DNA of 32,000 nucleotides, from assembly GCA_964536865.1 (NCBI GenBank), contig CAZHYN010000010.1:22358-54357 (forward strand), given 5' to 3'. The notes under the pieces are model-generated. The model saw only the letters and a program-made list of their open reading frames with translations, did no database searches and was not told the origin of the DNA. Below are positions 1-8,376 of the stretch, piece after piece (positions within the stretch are counted from its first letter, which is position 1; each line of letters opens with the position of its first letter). Made by a program: the position numbers and the translations under genes. The DNA comes from an uncultured Planctomycetia bacterium (GTDB lineage: Bacteria; Omnitrophota; Gorgyraeia; Duberdicusellales; 4484-171).

Positions 1-374
1 TTTCTTTGGAAAAGGAAGTTTTATTTTCTTTTGGTATATATGCCAAAGGCTTTTTTTACTTTCTAAAATTGAAAAATGAGAAAATTTTAGATAAAATATT
101 TAGAAATAAAGAAGAAAGGAACTATCAGAAGTTAGATGTTTATATTCTCCATAAACTCGTATTGGGAAAGTTCAAAGTGAAAAATATTCTTTATGTCCAC
201 TACCTGAAGGAATTAAAAAGGATGGTAGGCTCCTCAAAAATAGGATTCATTTTAAGGCCCACCTCTCTGAAAATACTCTTCTCCCTTGCCAGTAAAGGCT
301 ATCTTCTTCCTCAAAAATCCACTTACTTTTACCCTAAACTTCCTAGCGGGTTAGTGATAAGGAGGATTAGCTAA
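1..374 (+). CDS. 3' end of a CDS that probably starts upstream of the window; product not recognised
   Basis: The frame is open from the window edge to TAA 372-374 (track ORF 6..374 begins at a TTG). The stop abuts the accD start. I could not assign a family to the C-terminal sequence (..GFILRPTSLKILFSLASKGYLLPQKSTYFYPKLPSGLVIRRIS). Confidence 0.3.
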   Translation, partial: SLEKEVLFSFGIYAKGFFYFLKLKNEKILDKIFRNKEERNYQKLDVYILHKLVLGKFKVKNILYVHYLKELKRMVGSSKIGFILRPTSLKILFSLASKGYLLPQKSTYFYPKLPSGLVIRRIS

Positions 375-1217
375 GTGAGAATATTTAGAAAACGATTACG
401 TTACACCACGGTAAAACCAAGGAAGAAGGAAATTCCTGATGGGCTATGGAGTAAGTGTCCTCGATGTAACCAATTTATATTTAAGAAGATTTTAGAGGAG
501 AGCTTAAAAGTATGTCCTAAATGTAATTATCATTTTCCTTTAACTTGTTGGGAAAGAATAAATCTTATTACTGATGAGGCCAGCTTTAAAGAGTTCCATT
601 CAAATCTACAGTCTCTTGACCCTTTAGAATTTAGTGGTCCTAAATCTTATAAAGAAAAATTGAAAGAAGAGATAGAGCGGACTTCTTTAAAGGAAGCCGC
701 GGTGGTAGGGGAGGCGAAGATTAAAAAAGTCAAAGTGGCTTTAGGTGTTACCGATTCTCATTTTATTATGGGTTCTATGGGATCGGTGGTAGGAGAGAAA
801 ATTACTCGTATTATTGAATATGCTTTAGAGAAGAAAGTTCCTTTAGTAATTATCTCTGGCTCTGGAGGAGGAGCTAGGATGTATGAAGGTATGTTATCTC
901 TAATGCAAATGGCAAAAACTAGTGGAGCCTTAGCTAAGTTAAGAAGGGAAAGTATCCCTTACATTTCTGTTCTTACTCACCCTACTATGGCAGGAGTAAT
1001 GGCTTCCTTTGCTGGCTTGGGAGATATAATAATTGCGGAACCCGGTGCTTTAATTGGATTTACTGGACCGAGAGTAATAAGCCAAACAATAAAGCAGGAA
1101 TTACCTCCTGGCTTCCAGACTGCCGAGTTTAGCTTAGCCCATGGTTTGATAGATATGATTGTCCCTCGTAAAGAATTGAAAGAAACAATATCTAAGTTAC
1201 TGTTTTATCTAGCTTGA
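375..1217 (+). CDS. accD: acetyl-CoA carboxylase carboxyltransferase beta subunit
   Basis: GTG start 9 nt after AAGGAGG (359-365). N-terminal Zn ribbon CPRCNQ..CPKCNYH followed by a carboxyltransferase domain (GSMGSVVGEK, ISGSGGARMYEG), collinear with AccD. Confidence 0.92.
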   Translation: MRIFRKRLRYTTVKPRKKEIPDGLWSKCPRCNQFIFKKILEESLKVCPKCNYHFPLTCWERINLITDEASFKEFHSNLQSLDPLEFSGPKSYKEKLKEEIERTSLKEAAVVGEAKIKKVKVALGVTDSHFIMGSMGSVVGEKITRIIEYALEKKVPLVIISGSGGGARMYEGMLSLMQMAKTSGALAKLRRESIPYISVLTHPTMAGVMASFAGLGDIIIAEPGALIGFTGPRVISQTIKQELPPGFQTAEFSLAHGLIDMIVPRKELKETISKLLFYLA

Positions 1218-1249
1218 CTTATTAATTTTAGAAGTTAAAATTTAAATCT

Positions 1250-2356
1250 ATGGCGCAGGTAAGCTTACGTAATGTTACTAAAATCTACTCCAAAAAAATC
1301 GTAGCTATAGATCAGATTAATTTAGGGATAGAGAGTAAAGAATTTGTAGTTTTGGTTGGACCTTCTGGGTGTGGAAAATCTACTACTTTAAGGATAATTG
1401 CTGGTTTAGAGGAGCCTACCTACGGGGAGATCTATATTGGAGATAAACTAGTTAATAACGTTCCTGCTAAAGATAGAAATATTGCTATGGTTTTTCAGAA
1501 TTATGCTCTTTATCCTCATATGACCACTTATGAAAACTTAGCTTTTGCTTTAAGATTAAGAGGATACTCTAAACAAGAGATTGATAAGAGAGTAAAAGAA
1601 GCAGCACAGATATTAGGAATTACTCATCTTTTAGATAGAAAGCCTCGCCAGCTCTCTGGAGGAGAACGCCAGCGGGTAGCTGTAGGCAGGGCAATTGTAA
1701 GAAAGCCTTTAGTATTTTTATTCGATGAGCCTTTAAGTAATTTAGATGCTAAGATGCGCGTTCAGATGCGTACCGAACTGCACAGGCTTCACCAAAAGAT
1801 TCAAACTACAATGATTTATGTAACCCATGATCAAGTGGAGGCTATGACTTTAGGTGATAGAATAGCAGTAATGAGGAATGGAAAGGTTCAACAATTTGAT
1901 ACTCCTTTGAATGTTTACGAAAAACCAGTGAATAAGTTCGTAGCAGGGTTCATTGGTTCTCCCTCTATGAATTTTATAGAGGGAAGGATTATTAAAAAAG
2001 ATGGCTACCTCTATTTTGATGAAGGAGAGTTTCGGGTGAAGATTCCTCCTGAAAAGTACCCTCCCTTAGAGAAGGAGTATATAGATAGGAAGATAATTTT
2101 TGGAATAAGACCAGAAAATATTTATGATAAGCTATTTGCTTCTATGGCTACTCCTGATAATACGGTGAGAGCTCATTGTGAAGTGTTAGAGACTATGGGC
2201 TCAGAGAATCATGTTTACTTATCTGTAGGTAGGCATACTATTGTTGCTGTATTGGAAGCAGATAATAAACCTCCTGTGGGGGGTATCTTAGAGGTAGTAT
2301 TTGATATGCAGAGGTCTTTATTTTTTGACCCTTCTACAGAAGAGTCCATTGTTTAA
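1250..2356 (+). CDS. sugar-type ABC transporter ATP-binding protein (MalK/UgpC/MsmX family)
   Basis: Walker A GPSGCGKST, signature LSGGERQRV, Walker B FLFDEPLS and H-loop THDQ, plus a C-terminal MalK-type regulatory domain. No permease or binding-protein gene is adjacent. Confidence 0.9.
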   Translation: MAQVSLRNVTKIYSKKIVAIDQINLGIESKEFVVLVGPSGCGKSTTLRIIAGLEEPTYGEIYIGDKLVNNVPAKDRNIAMVFQNYALYPHMTTYENLAFALRLRGYSKQEIDKRVKEAAQILGITHLLDRKPRQLSGGERQRVAVGRAIVRKPLVFLFDEPLSNLDAKMRVQMRTELHRLHQKIQTTMIYVTHDQVEAMTLGDRIAVMRNGKVQQFDTPLNVYEKPVNKFVAGFIGSPSMNFIEGRIIKKDGYLYFDEGEFRVKIPPEKYPPLEKEYIDRKIIFGIRPENIYDKLFASMATPDNTVRAHCEVLETMGSENHVYLSVGRHTIVAVLEADNKPPVGGILEVVFDMQRSLFFDPSTEESIV

Positions 2357-3608
2357 TTTTTTTTCCTATATTTTTATTATCCTGATAGTGAGTGTATCCT
2401 TTATCTTTTTTTCTTTTGGATTTTTATCTTTAGGGAACCTATTATGGATTTTGACAGTAGTTGTAATAGTAGAGTTTTTCTTTGCCAAAGCCAAAAAAGA
2501 AATTATTAAAAGATATATTCCTCCTATGGAGGAGGTAGAGGAGAAGATAAATTTATTAGAAGAGGAATTGAAAGAGAAGAATGAATTATTTTTAATCTTA
2601 CCTAGGAGAGCGAGAAAAATTCTTTCTCTTTCCAAGGTTATAGATAAATTTGTATCTTATATAGATAAAGAAAAAGTATACAATTTTCTTGGAGAGAAAC
2701 TGGTAGATTTTTTCCCCCAAGCAGACAATATTTTGATATTTCACTTTGATAGAGAGGATAATTTCTTGGAGCTCACCTATTCTTTCAAGAAACATGATGT
2801 GATCATAAGAGAGAAGAGAGGAGACATTATGGATTTCTGGGTGTTAAAACATAATCAGTCTCTTATTGTAGATGACCTTTCTCAAGATTTTCGTTTTGAT
2901 TGTTCTCAGAGCATAGCTTTCCAAGAGAGAAATATTCACTCTTTTATATCCAGTCCCCTTTCTTTAGGAGAATATATCTTAGGGATAGTGAGAATAGAAA
3001 GCAGGAAGAAGAATGCTTTCTCTATGGATGAACTCCGCCTCCTGCGAATATTTACTGATGTAGGAGCAGCGGTTTTAGAAAGAGCGATTTTGTTTCAGAA
3101 AACCAAAATCTTAGCAATGAATGATGCACTTACTGGGATACTCTTGAGAGAGCCCTTTTTAGAGAGATTAAAAGAAGAATTAATGAGGGCAAGAATTACT
3201 GAGAGTAAATTAGCCTTAGGATTGTTAGATGTTGATGATTTTAAGAAGATAAATGATACTTATGGGCATAGTGTAGGAGATTTAGTTTTGAAAAAGTTAG
3301 CTAAGATTTTAGAGGAAGAGGTGGGTGATTCTGGTAATGCTGTGGCTCGTTTTGGAGGCGAAGAATTTATTTTCTTTCTCGTATACACTAGCCGGGACGA
3401 AGCAAAGAGGTTCGCTAAAGGAATTAAAGAAAGATTATCCTCTACCCGTTTAAGATTTAGAAGGAAGAGTATTGGTTTTTCCATATCTTTAGGAGTGGCG
3501 GTCTTTCCTGAAGATGCTCGGGATTTCCTGTCTCTTATAGAGGTAGCTGATTCCTTACTTTATAGAGCAAAGAGAGAGGGCAAAAACAGAGTATGCTTTA
3601 CCTATTAA
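2301..3608 (+). CDS. membrane-anchored GAF-GGDEF diguanylate cyclase
   Basis: Two hydrophobic N-terminal helices, a central GAF-like region and a C-terminal GGDEF domain (LDVDDFKKINDTYGH .. RFGGEEF). No RxxD I-site upstream of GGEEF. The first ATG overlaps the upstream gene by 56 nt; in-frame TTG 2349 is an alternative start. Confidence 0.85.
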   Translation: MICRGLYFLTLLQKSPLFNFFSYIFIILIVSVSFIFFSFGFLSLGNLLWILTVVVIVEFFFAKAKKEIIKRYIPPMEEVEEKINLLEEELKEKNELFLILPRRARKILSLSKVIDKFVSYIDKEKVYNFLGEKLVDFFPQADNILIFHFDREDNFLELTYSFKKHDVIIREKRGDIMDFWVLKHNQSLIVDDLSQDFRFDCSQSIAFQERNIHSFISSPLSLGEYILGIVRIESRKKNAFSMDELRLLRIFTDVGAAVLERAILFQKTKILAMNDALTGILLREPFLERLKEELMRARITESKLALGLLDVDDFKKINDTYGHSVGDLVLKKLAKILEEEVGDSGNAVARFGGEEFIFFLVYTSRDEAKRFAKGIKERLSSTRLRFRRKSIGFSISLGVAVFPEDARDFLSLIEVADSLLYRAKREGKNRVCFTY

Positions 3609-4558
3609 TAGTAATCTTTCTGCTTTTGGGAATAATCTCTTTAAAAATTCGCAGTATCTCTTCATTAAGAAAGTACTACAAAAAAAAGTTAGCTTCTTTG
3701 AAGGAGAGAGCAACTAATTTGGAGGAAACAGTAGATGCGTTTCGTAGACAATTTCGAAAAATAGAAGAGGCGGTTTCAGAGACCTTCTTTATTTATGAAT
3801 TGGCAGGTAAACTTTCTTCTCTTTTAGATAGAGAGAAAGTTGTTTCTACTTTTGAAGAAGAATTAAACTTCCTTTCCTCTATAGATGAGATAGTTCTTTC
3901 TACTCGGCCAAAGGACAGTTATCTCATTTTTAGGTTAGCTACCCAACCCCCTAAATTTTTAAATATAAAAACGAATTATCCTCAGATAAAAGAGAATTTG
4001 AAAGCTATCGTAAAGATGGTTAACCTTTGTTTAGAACGAATCTCTCTATACGAAAAGCTTCATAATCTATCTATACATGATACCCTTACAAATATTTATA
4101 ATCGTCGTTATTTCTCCTCTAGATTCGATGAGGAGTTTGAGAGAGCAAAAAAATACAAACTGACCTTTTCTCTTCTAATGATAGATATTGACCATTTCAA
4201 AAAAATAAATGATAATTATGGCCACCTGGTAGGTGATGTAGTTCTTAAGGAAACTGTAAAACTTATAAAGGAGAGCATAAGAGAGGTTGATTTCCTTGCT
4301 CGCTATGGAGGAGAAGAGTTTGTGGTTATTCTTCCTCAAACTGATAGAGAAAGAGCACTTCTTGTAGGAGAGAGAATTAGAAAGAGTATAGCTTCCGCAT
4401 CGATAAAAGCTTTTGACGAAGTGTTAAATGTTACAGTAAGCATTGGCGTGGCTAATTATCCCGTGAATTCAGTTTACCCCAATCTTCTCACTGAGGTAGC
4501 AGATAAAGCTTTATATAAAGCCAAACAAAAGGGGAGAAACAGAGTAGAGTATTTCTGA
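3593..4558 (+). CDS. GGDEF diguanylate cyclase with N-terminal TM helix
   Basis: N-terminal TM helix (LYLLIVIFLLLGIISL) and a coiled region, then a GGDEF domain (IDIDHFKKINDNYGH .. RYGGEEF) with an RxxD I-site (REVD) five residues upstream. The start overlaps the previous GGDEF gene by 16 nt. Confidence 0.88.
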   Translation: MLYLLIVIFLLLGIISLKIRSISSLRKYYKKKLASLKERATNLEETVDAFRRQFRKIEEAVSETFFIYELAGKLSSLLDREKVVSTFEEELNFLSSIDEIVLSTRPKDSYLIFRLATQPPKFLNIKTNYPQIKENLKAIVKMVNLCLERISLYEKLHNLSIHDTLTNIYNRRYFSSRFDEEFERAKKYKLTFSLLMIDIDHFKKINDNYGHLVGDVVLKETVKLIKESIREVDFLARYGGEEFVVILPQTDRERALLVGERIRKSIASASIKAFDEVLNVTVSIGVANYPVNSVYPNLLTEVADKALYKAKQKGRNRVEYF

Positions 4559-4563
4559 GTATC

Positions 4564-5979
4564 ATGGATAAGAAAGTAATTAGATTTCTCTTAGATTGTG
4601 CTGGGAAAAATAAGGTAAAAGTTGCTTTAGATAATCCTTTTCGTAGAATTGCTTTTGATGGAGACCAGCCTCGTTTAGGTTGGGTAAGTCCTCCTATTTG
4701 GGAGGAATTAAGAGCTTCTTTAAAGCGAATAGAAAAACTTATAGAAGGGAAGGAAGAGTTTATTTTCTTAGGGATGGGAGGATCTATAAATGGGATAAAA
4801 GTATTGAATTCACTTTCTTCTCAGGTTCCTTTATATTTTTTAGATAGCTTAGATCCTTCTGCCTTGGAAACTGTTTTGGATAAAATAAAGAAGTTAGAGA
4901 AAGTTATGGTTATTCCTATCTCCAAATCGGGTTCTACTTTGGAGACACAACTTTTAGCTACCACTCTTAAGGAATTGTTCCCTGGCAAGTGCAAGAGCCA
5001 TTTTCTTTGGTTAAGTGATAAGGAGTCTTTTTCTAAATTAGATAACTTAGGATGGAATAGTTACCCTAAAGTCACTATCCAGGTTAATGAGAATTCCGAT
5101 ATCGGAGGTAGATTCTCTTGCCCGCACACTCTTATTTTTCTCTTGCCTTTATTTTTACTTCTGGATAGAGATATTAAAAAAATACAGAAATTATTTTTTC
5201 AATATCTTTCTTTAAGAGAAAAGGTTCTAAAAGAAGCATATGAGGTTGCTCATTCTTATCAGAGTATAGAGAGTGGATTTTTTTCTATCATAGATAAAGA
5301 GGTTCCTCTCCCAGGATTTACTATTTGGGCTACTCAGCTTTTTCAGGAAAGCTTGGGTTCGAAAAAAGACAACTTTTTCGTTAAGACTGCTGTGGGAAGA
5401 AGCATTGAGGGATTTTATCCAATTAAGCTTTCTCTCTCTTGCGAAGACAAATTTCTCTATCTTATGACTCTTATGTATTACTTGGAAATGTTTGTAGCCT
5501 TCTTTGCCTACTTTAAAGAAATAAATTTTGTGAATCAACCTTATGTAGAAAGATATAAACAGATGATGCCCCAGCTAAAACAAGAGGATACCTCCTTCCC
5601 TTCTACTAACTTAGAAAGGATAGTTAAAGATCTCAAAAGTGGACTAGATTCGCAAATAAAATTCATTGAAGTTGTCCTTTACTTCTATCCTTCACTGTCT
5701 TTTATAGAAAAGTTGGAGTCTATTTTGAAAGAAAACTTTCCTCAGTATCCTTCTTTTGTGTTTTTGGGAAGTGATTGGAATCACCATTCTTATCAAGCTG
5801 CTTATCTAGATAAGAAGACCCTTTATCTGATTCTCACCTTAAATAGTTATAAGATTACTGACCTTCCTATAAAGGAGGAGTTACTTCAGAAAAATGTTAA
5901 TACTCTTAGACTGATAAGTGCAGCTACATATAATACTTTAAAGGCTAAGAAGTTGCATTTTAGTGTTCCTAAATCTTAA
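4564..5979 (+). CDS. pgi: glucose-6-phosphate isomerase (divergent)
   Basis: PGI/SIS motifs GMGGSINGI, ISKSGSTLETQ, the signature DIGGRFS, and NQPYVERYKQ. Confidence 0.75.
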   Translation: MDKKVIRFLLDCAGKNKVKVALDNPFRRIAFDGDQPRLGWVSPPIWEELRASLKRIEKLIEGKEEFIFLGMGGSINGIKVLNSLSSQVPLYFLDSLDPSALETVLDKIKKLEKVMVIPISKSGSTLETQLLATTLKELFPGKCKSHFLWLSDKESFSKLDNLGWNSYPKVTIQVNENSDIGGRFSCPHTLIFLLPLFLLLDRDIKKIQKLFFQYLSLREKVLKEAYEVAHSYQSIESGFFSIIDKEVPLPGFTIWATQLFQESLGSKKDNFFVKTAVGRSIEGFYPIKLSLSCEDKFLYLMTLMYYLEMFVAFFAYFKEINFVNQPYVERYKQMMPQLKQEDTSFPSTNLERIVKDLKSGLDSQIKFIEVVLYFYPSLSFIEKLESILKENFPQYPSFVFLGSDWNHHSYQAAYLDKKTLYLILTLNSYKITDLPIKEELLQKNVNTLRLISAATYNTLKAKKLHFSVPKS

Positions 5980-5993
5980 GGAGGTGGATTTAT

Positions 5994-6491
5994 ATGGAGG
6001 TAAAGTTAGAAGTAGTAAGAATAGATAAGCCTCCTGAGGCAAACATTATTATTGGCCAGGCTCACTTTATAAAGACTGTAGAAGATTTATATGAAACGTT
6101 AATTGAAGCTAGCCCCAACATAAAATTTGGAATAGCTTTCTGTGAGTCCTCAGGAAAAACTCTGGTAAGGATAGAGGGTAACGATGAAGAGTTAAAGAGT
6201 ATTGCTGGAAAGAATGCTTTAAATATTCGCTGTGGTCATCTTTTCCTTATTCTTCTAAAGGACAGTTACCCTATAAATGTACTCAATCGAATTAAGGGAG
6301 TTTCAGAAGTATGCACTATTTTCTGTGCTACTGCCAATCCTGTAGAGTTAATCGTTGGTATAACTTCTCAAGGAAGAGGAGTTTTAGGGGTTGTTGATGG
6401 TATTCCTTCCAAGAGTATAGAGAAGGATGAAGATATTCAGTGGAGGAAACAGTTTCTGAGAAAGATTGGATATAAGTTGAGTAACCCTTAG
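5994..6491 (+). CDS. adenosine-specific kinase family protein (PF04008-like)
   Basis: About 165 aa, with IIGQAHFIKTVEDLYE, KFGIAFCESSG, FPINVLN, FCATANPVE, GVLGVVDG and a GYK tail. This matches my recollection of the family. SD GGAGG lies upstream of the ATG. Confidence 0.55.
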   Translation: MEVKLEVVRIDKPPEANIIIGQAHFIKTVEDLYETLIEASPNIKFGIAFCESSGKTLVRIEGNDEELKSIAGKNALNIRCGHLFLILLKDSYPINVLNRIKGVSEVCTIFCATANPVELIVGITSQGRGVLGVVDGIPSKSIEKDEDIQWRKQFLRKIGYKLSNP

Positions 6492-6516
6492 AAAAGAGCA
6501 AGATAAGGATTTCCTT

Positions 6517-7455
6517 ATGGAGAAAGAAAAAAGAAAATTCTTAAGGAGGAATTTAGGTTGGATTTTTCTAAAGACTTTTGCTCTCACTATAGGGATTTTC
6601 CCATTAAAGTTTATTTATTTTTTAGGAAGTTTCTTAGGGAGGTTGGGATTTTTATTTGCTTTTACCCATCGCAGAATTGTCTTAGAGAATCTAAGTATTG
6701 CTTTTCCCTATCTTTCTCTTAAGAAGAGAAAAGAGATCGCTCAAGATTCTTTTAAGTTCATGATTCAGGCTTCTTTGGAACTTCTTTATTTTCTAAAACA
6801 TCCTTCTCTTTTAGAGAGAGTTAGAATAGAAGGATTAGAGTACTTAGTTCAGGCTTTAGAAAAAAAGAGAGGAGTTATCGCTCTTACCGCTCATTTTGGC
6901 AATTTCCCTCTTATTTCTTTAAAGTTTGCCTCTCAAGGATATAAGATTAATGTGGTTGCTCGTCCTATGCGAGATAGGAAAACAGGAGACTACATCCATC
7001 AGCTCAGGACTAAGGTAGGGGTTAAGACTATATTTTCTTACCCTCGAAAGGAGTGCGTAACTGGAATTATTAGGGCTTTGCGCAATAACGAAATTGTGAT
7101 GATTCAGATGGATCAAAATTTTGGCACAGGAGGAGTTTGGGTAAAATTTTTTGATAAGTTAGCTGCTACCCCTACCGGTCCGGTGGTGTTAGCCATGCGT
7201 ACCAAAGCGGAGATAGTTCCAATGTACATAGTAAGAGAGTTTTTAGGAAAACATCTTATCAAGATTTTCCCTTCTGTGGCACTTGATTATACCAAAGATA
7301 AAGATGAGACAATCCTTATCAACACTGCTAAGTTTACGAAGTTAACAGAAGATTGGATTAAAAAATATCCTCCTCTTTGGGGATGGATACATCGGAGATG
7401 GAAATCTCAACCATCAGACGAGGTTCTAAAGAGAAGATACAGAATCCAGAATTAA
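6517..7455 (+). CDS. lipid A biosynthesis (Kdo2-lipid IVA) acyltransferase, LpxL/HtrB family
   Basis: N-terminal membrane anchor, HFGNFPL (H-x4-acidic region equivalent), ATPTGPVVLA and a WGWIHRRWK tail, all typical of LpxL/LpxM-type lysophospholipid acyltransferases. Confidence 0.75.
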   Translation: MEKEKRKFLRRNLGWIFLKTFALTIGIFPLKFIYFLGSFLGRLGFLFAFTHRRIVLENLSIAFPYLSLKKRKEIAQDSFKFMIQASLELLYFLKHPSLLERVRIEGLEYLVQALEKKRGVIALTAHFGNFPLISLKFASQGYKINVVARPMRDRKTGDYIHQLRTKVGVKTIFSYPRKECVTGIIRALRNNEIVMIQMDQNFGTGGVWVKFFDKLAATPTGPVVLAMRTKAEIVPMYIVREFLGKHLIKIFPSVALDYTKDKDETILINTAKFTKLTEDWIKKYPPLWGWIHRRWKSQPSDEVLKRRYRIQN

Positions 7456-7456
7456 A

Positions 7457-8335
7457 ATGAGGAAACTATTGACACCAATACAATTATATGCTATTTTTAA
7501 AAAAATGAAGAAATTTGCTGTTTTGTTCCTTTTGTTGATTCCTCTTTGTGTTTACTCTCAAGTTTCCCAACAACTAAAAGAACAAGCATATTCTTATCGT
7601 AAGGAAGGGTATCGTCTCCAAAATATGGGAGATCTAGAGGAAGCACTTACTTACTATCAGAAGGCAATTCAAATTTACCCTTATTATTATCAAGCGTATA
7701 ATGATTTAGGTATTGTGCTTGAGGAAATGGGTAATGATGAGGAGGCAAAGAAGATGTATGAACAAGCTTTAGTTATCAATCCTCATTATTTGCCTCCCTA
7801 CACTAATCTTGCTCTTCTTTATGAAAAGTTGAATAATAAAAAGAAAGCAATCTTTTATTGGACAAAAAGGCTCCTTTTAGGGAAGGATAAAAGGGACCAA
7901 TGGTGGTATGAGGGGCGAGAACACCTTCTCAGATTAGGTATGCCTTTCAAGCTTAAAAAGGAACTTTTTAGTGGAGAGATTTCTTCTCTCTCCCAGAAGT
8001 TGATTTATAAACGAGAACAGGAGAGGTTAAAACTTTTAGAAGAAGTACAGCTTCATTTTAATTTAGGAAAGAAAGCTTTTGATAATCAAGACTATTCTAA
8101 AGCAGAGGAAGAATTTAAAATAGCTCTTTCTTTGAATCCTCCGGATAAGAACCTTCAGATGGAGATTAACTCTTATTACCAGAAAGCCAAAAAAGAAAGA
8201 TTTAATGCAGAAGTTAAAGCTAAGTTACGTTCTCATATTCAGGAAGCATTGCTCTACATTGAGAACAACGAATTTTCTCTATGTGCGAAGAAACTTAGAG
8301 ATGCTCTATCTGTAATTTTCAGTATTCAAGAATAG
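7457..8335 (+). CDS. secreted TPR-repeat protein
   Basis: Several TPR units (..AYNDLGIVLEEMGNDEEAKKMYEQALVINP.. and similar). A classic signal peptide, MKKFAVLFLLLIPLCVYSQ, begins at the internal ATG 7505, which may be the true start. Confidence 0.75.
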   Translation: MRKLLTPIQLYAIFKKMKKFAVLFLLLIPLCVYSQVSQQLKEQAYSYRKEGYRLQNMGDLEEALTYYQKAIQIYPYYYQAYNDLGIVLEEMGNDEEAKKMYEQALVINPHYLPPYTNLALLYEKLNNKKKAIFYWTKRLLLGKDKRDQWWYEGREHLLRLGMPFKLKKELFSGEISSLSQKLIYKREQERLKLLEEVQLHFNLGKKAFDNQDYSKAEEEFKIALSLNPPDKNLQMEINSYYQKAKKERFNAEVKAKLRSHIQEALLYIENNEFSLCAKKLRDALSVIFSIQE

Positions 8336-8376
8336 CCATCCTTTACTTTTGAGTAGATATTCTACTGACTTAAATA

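Noticed and set aside
4186-4214. Nucleotide similarity between the GGDEF genes (4186-4214 versus 30021-30050) as a dispersed repeat
   Set aside because: Similarity is confined to the codons of the conserved DIDHFKKIND.YGH motif. This is paralogous motif conservation, not a repeat element.
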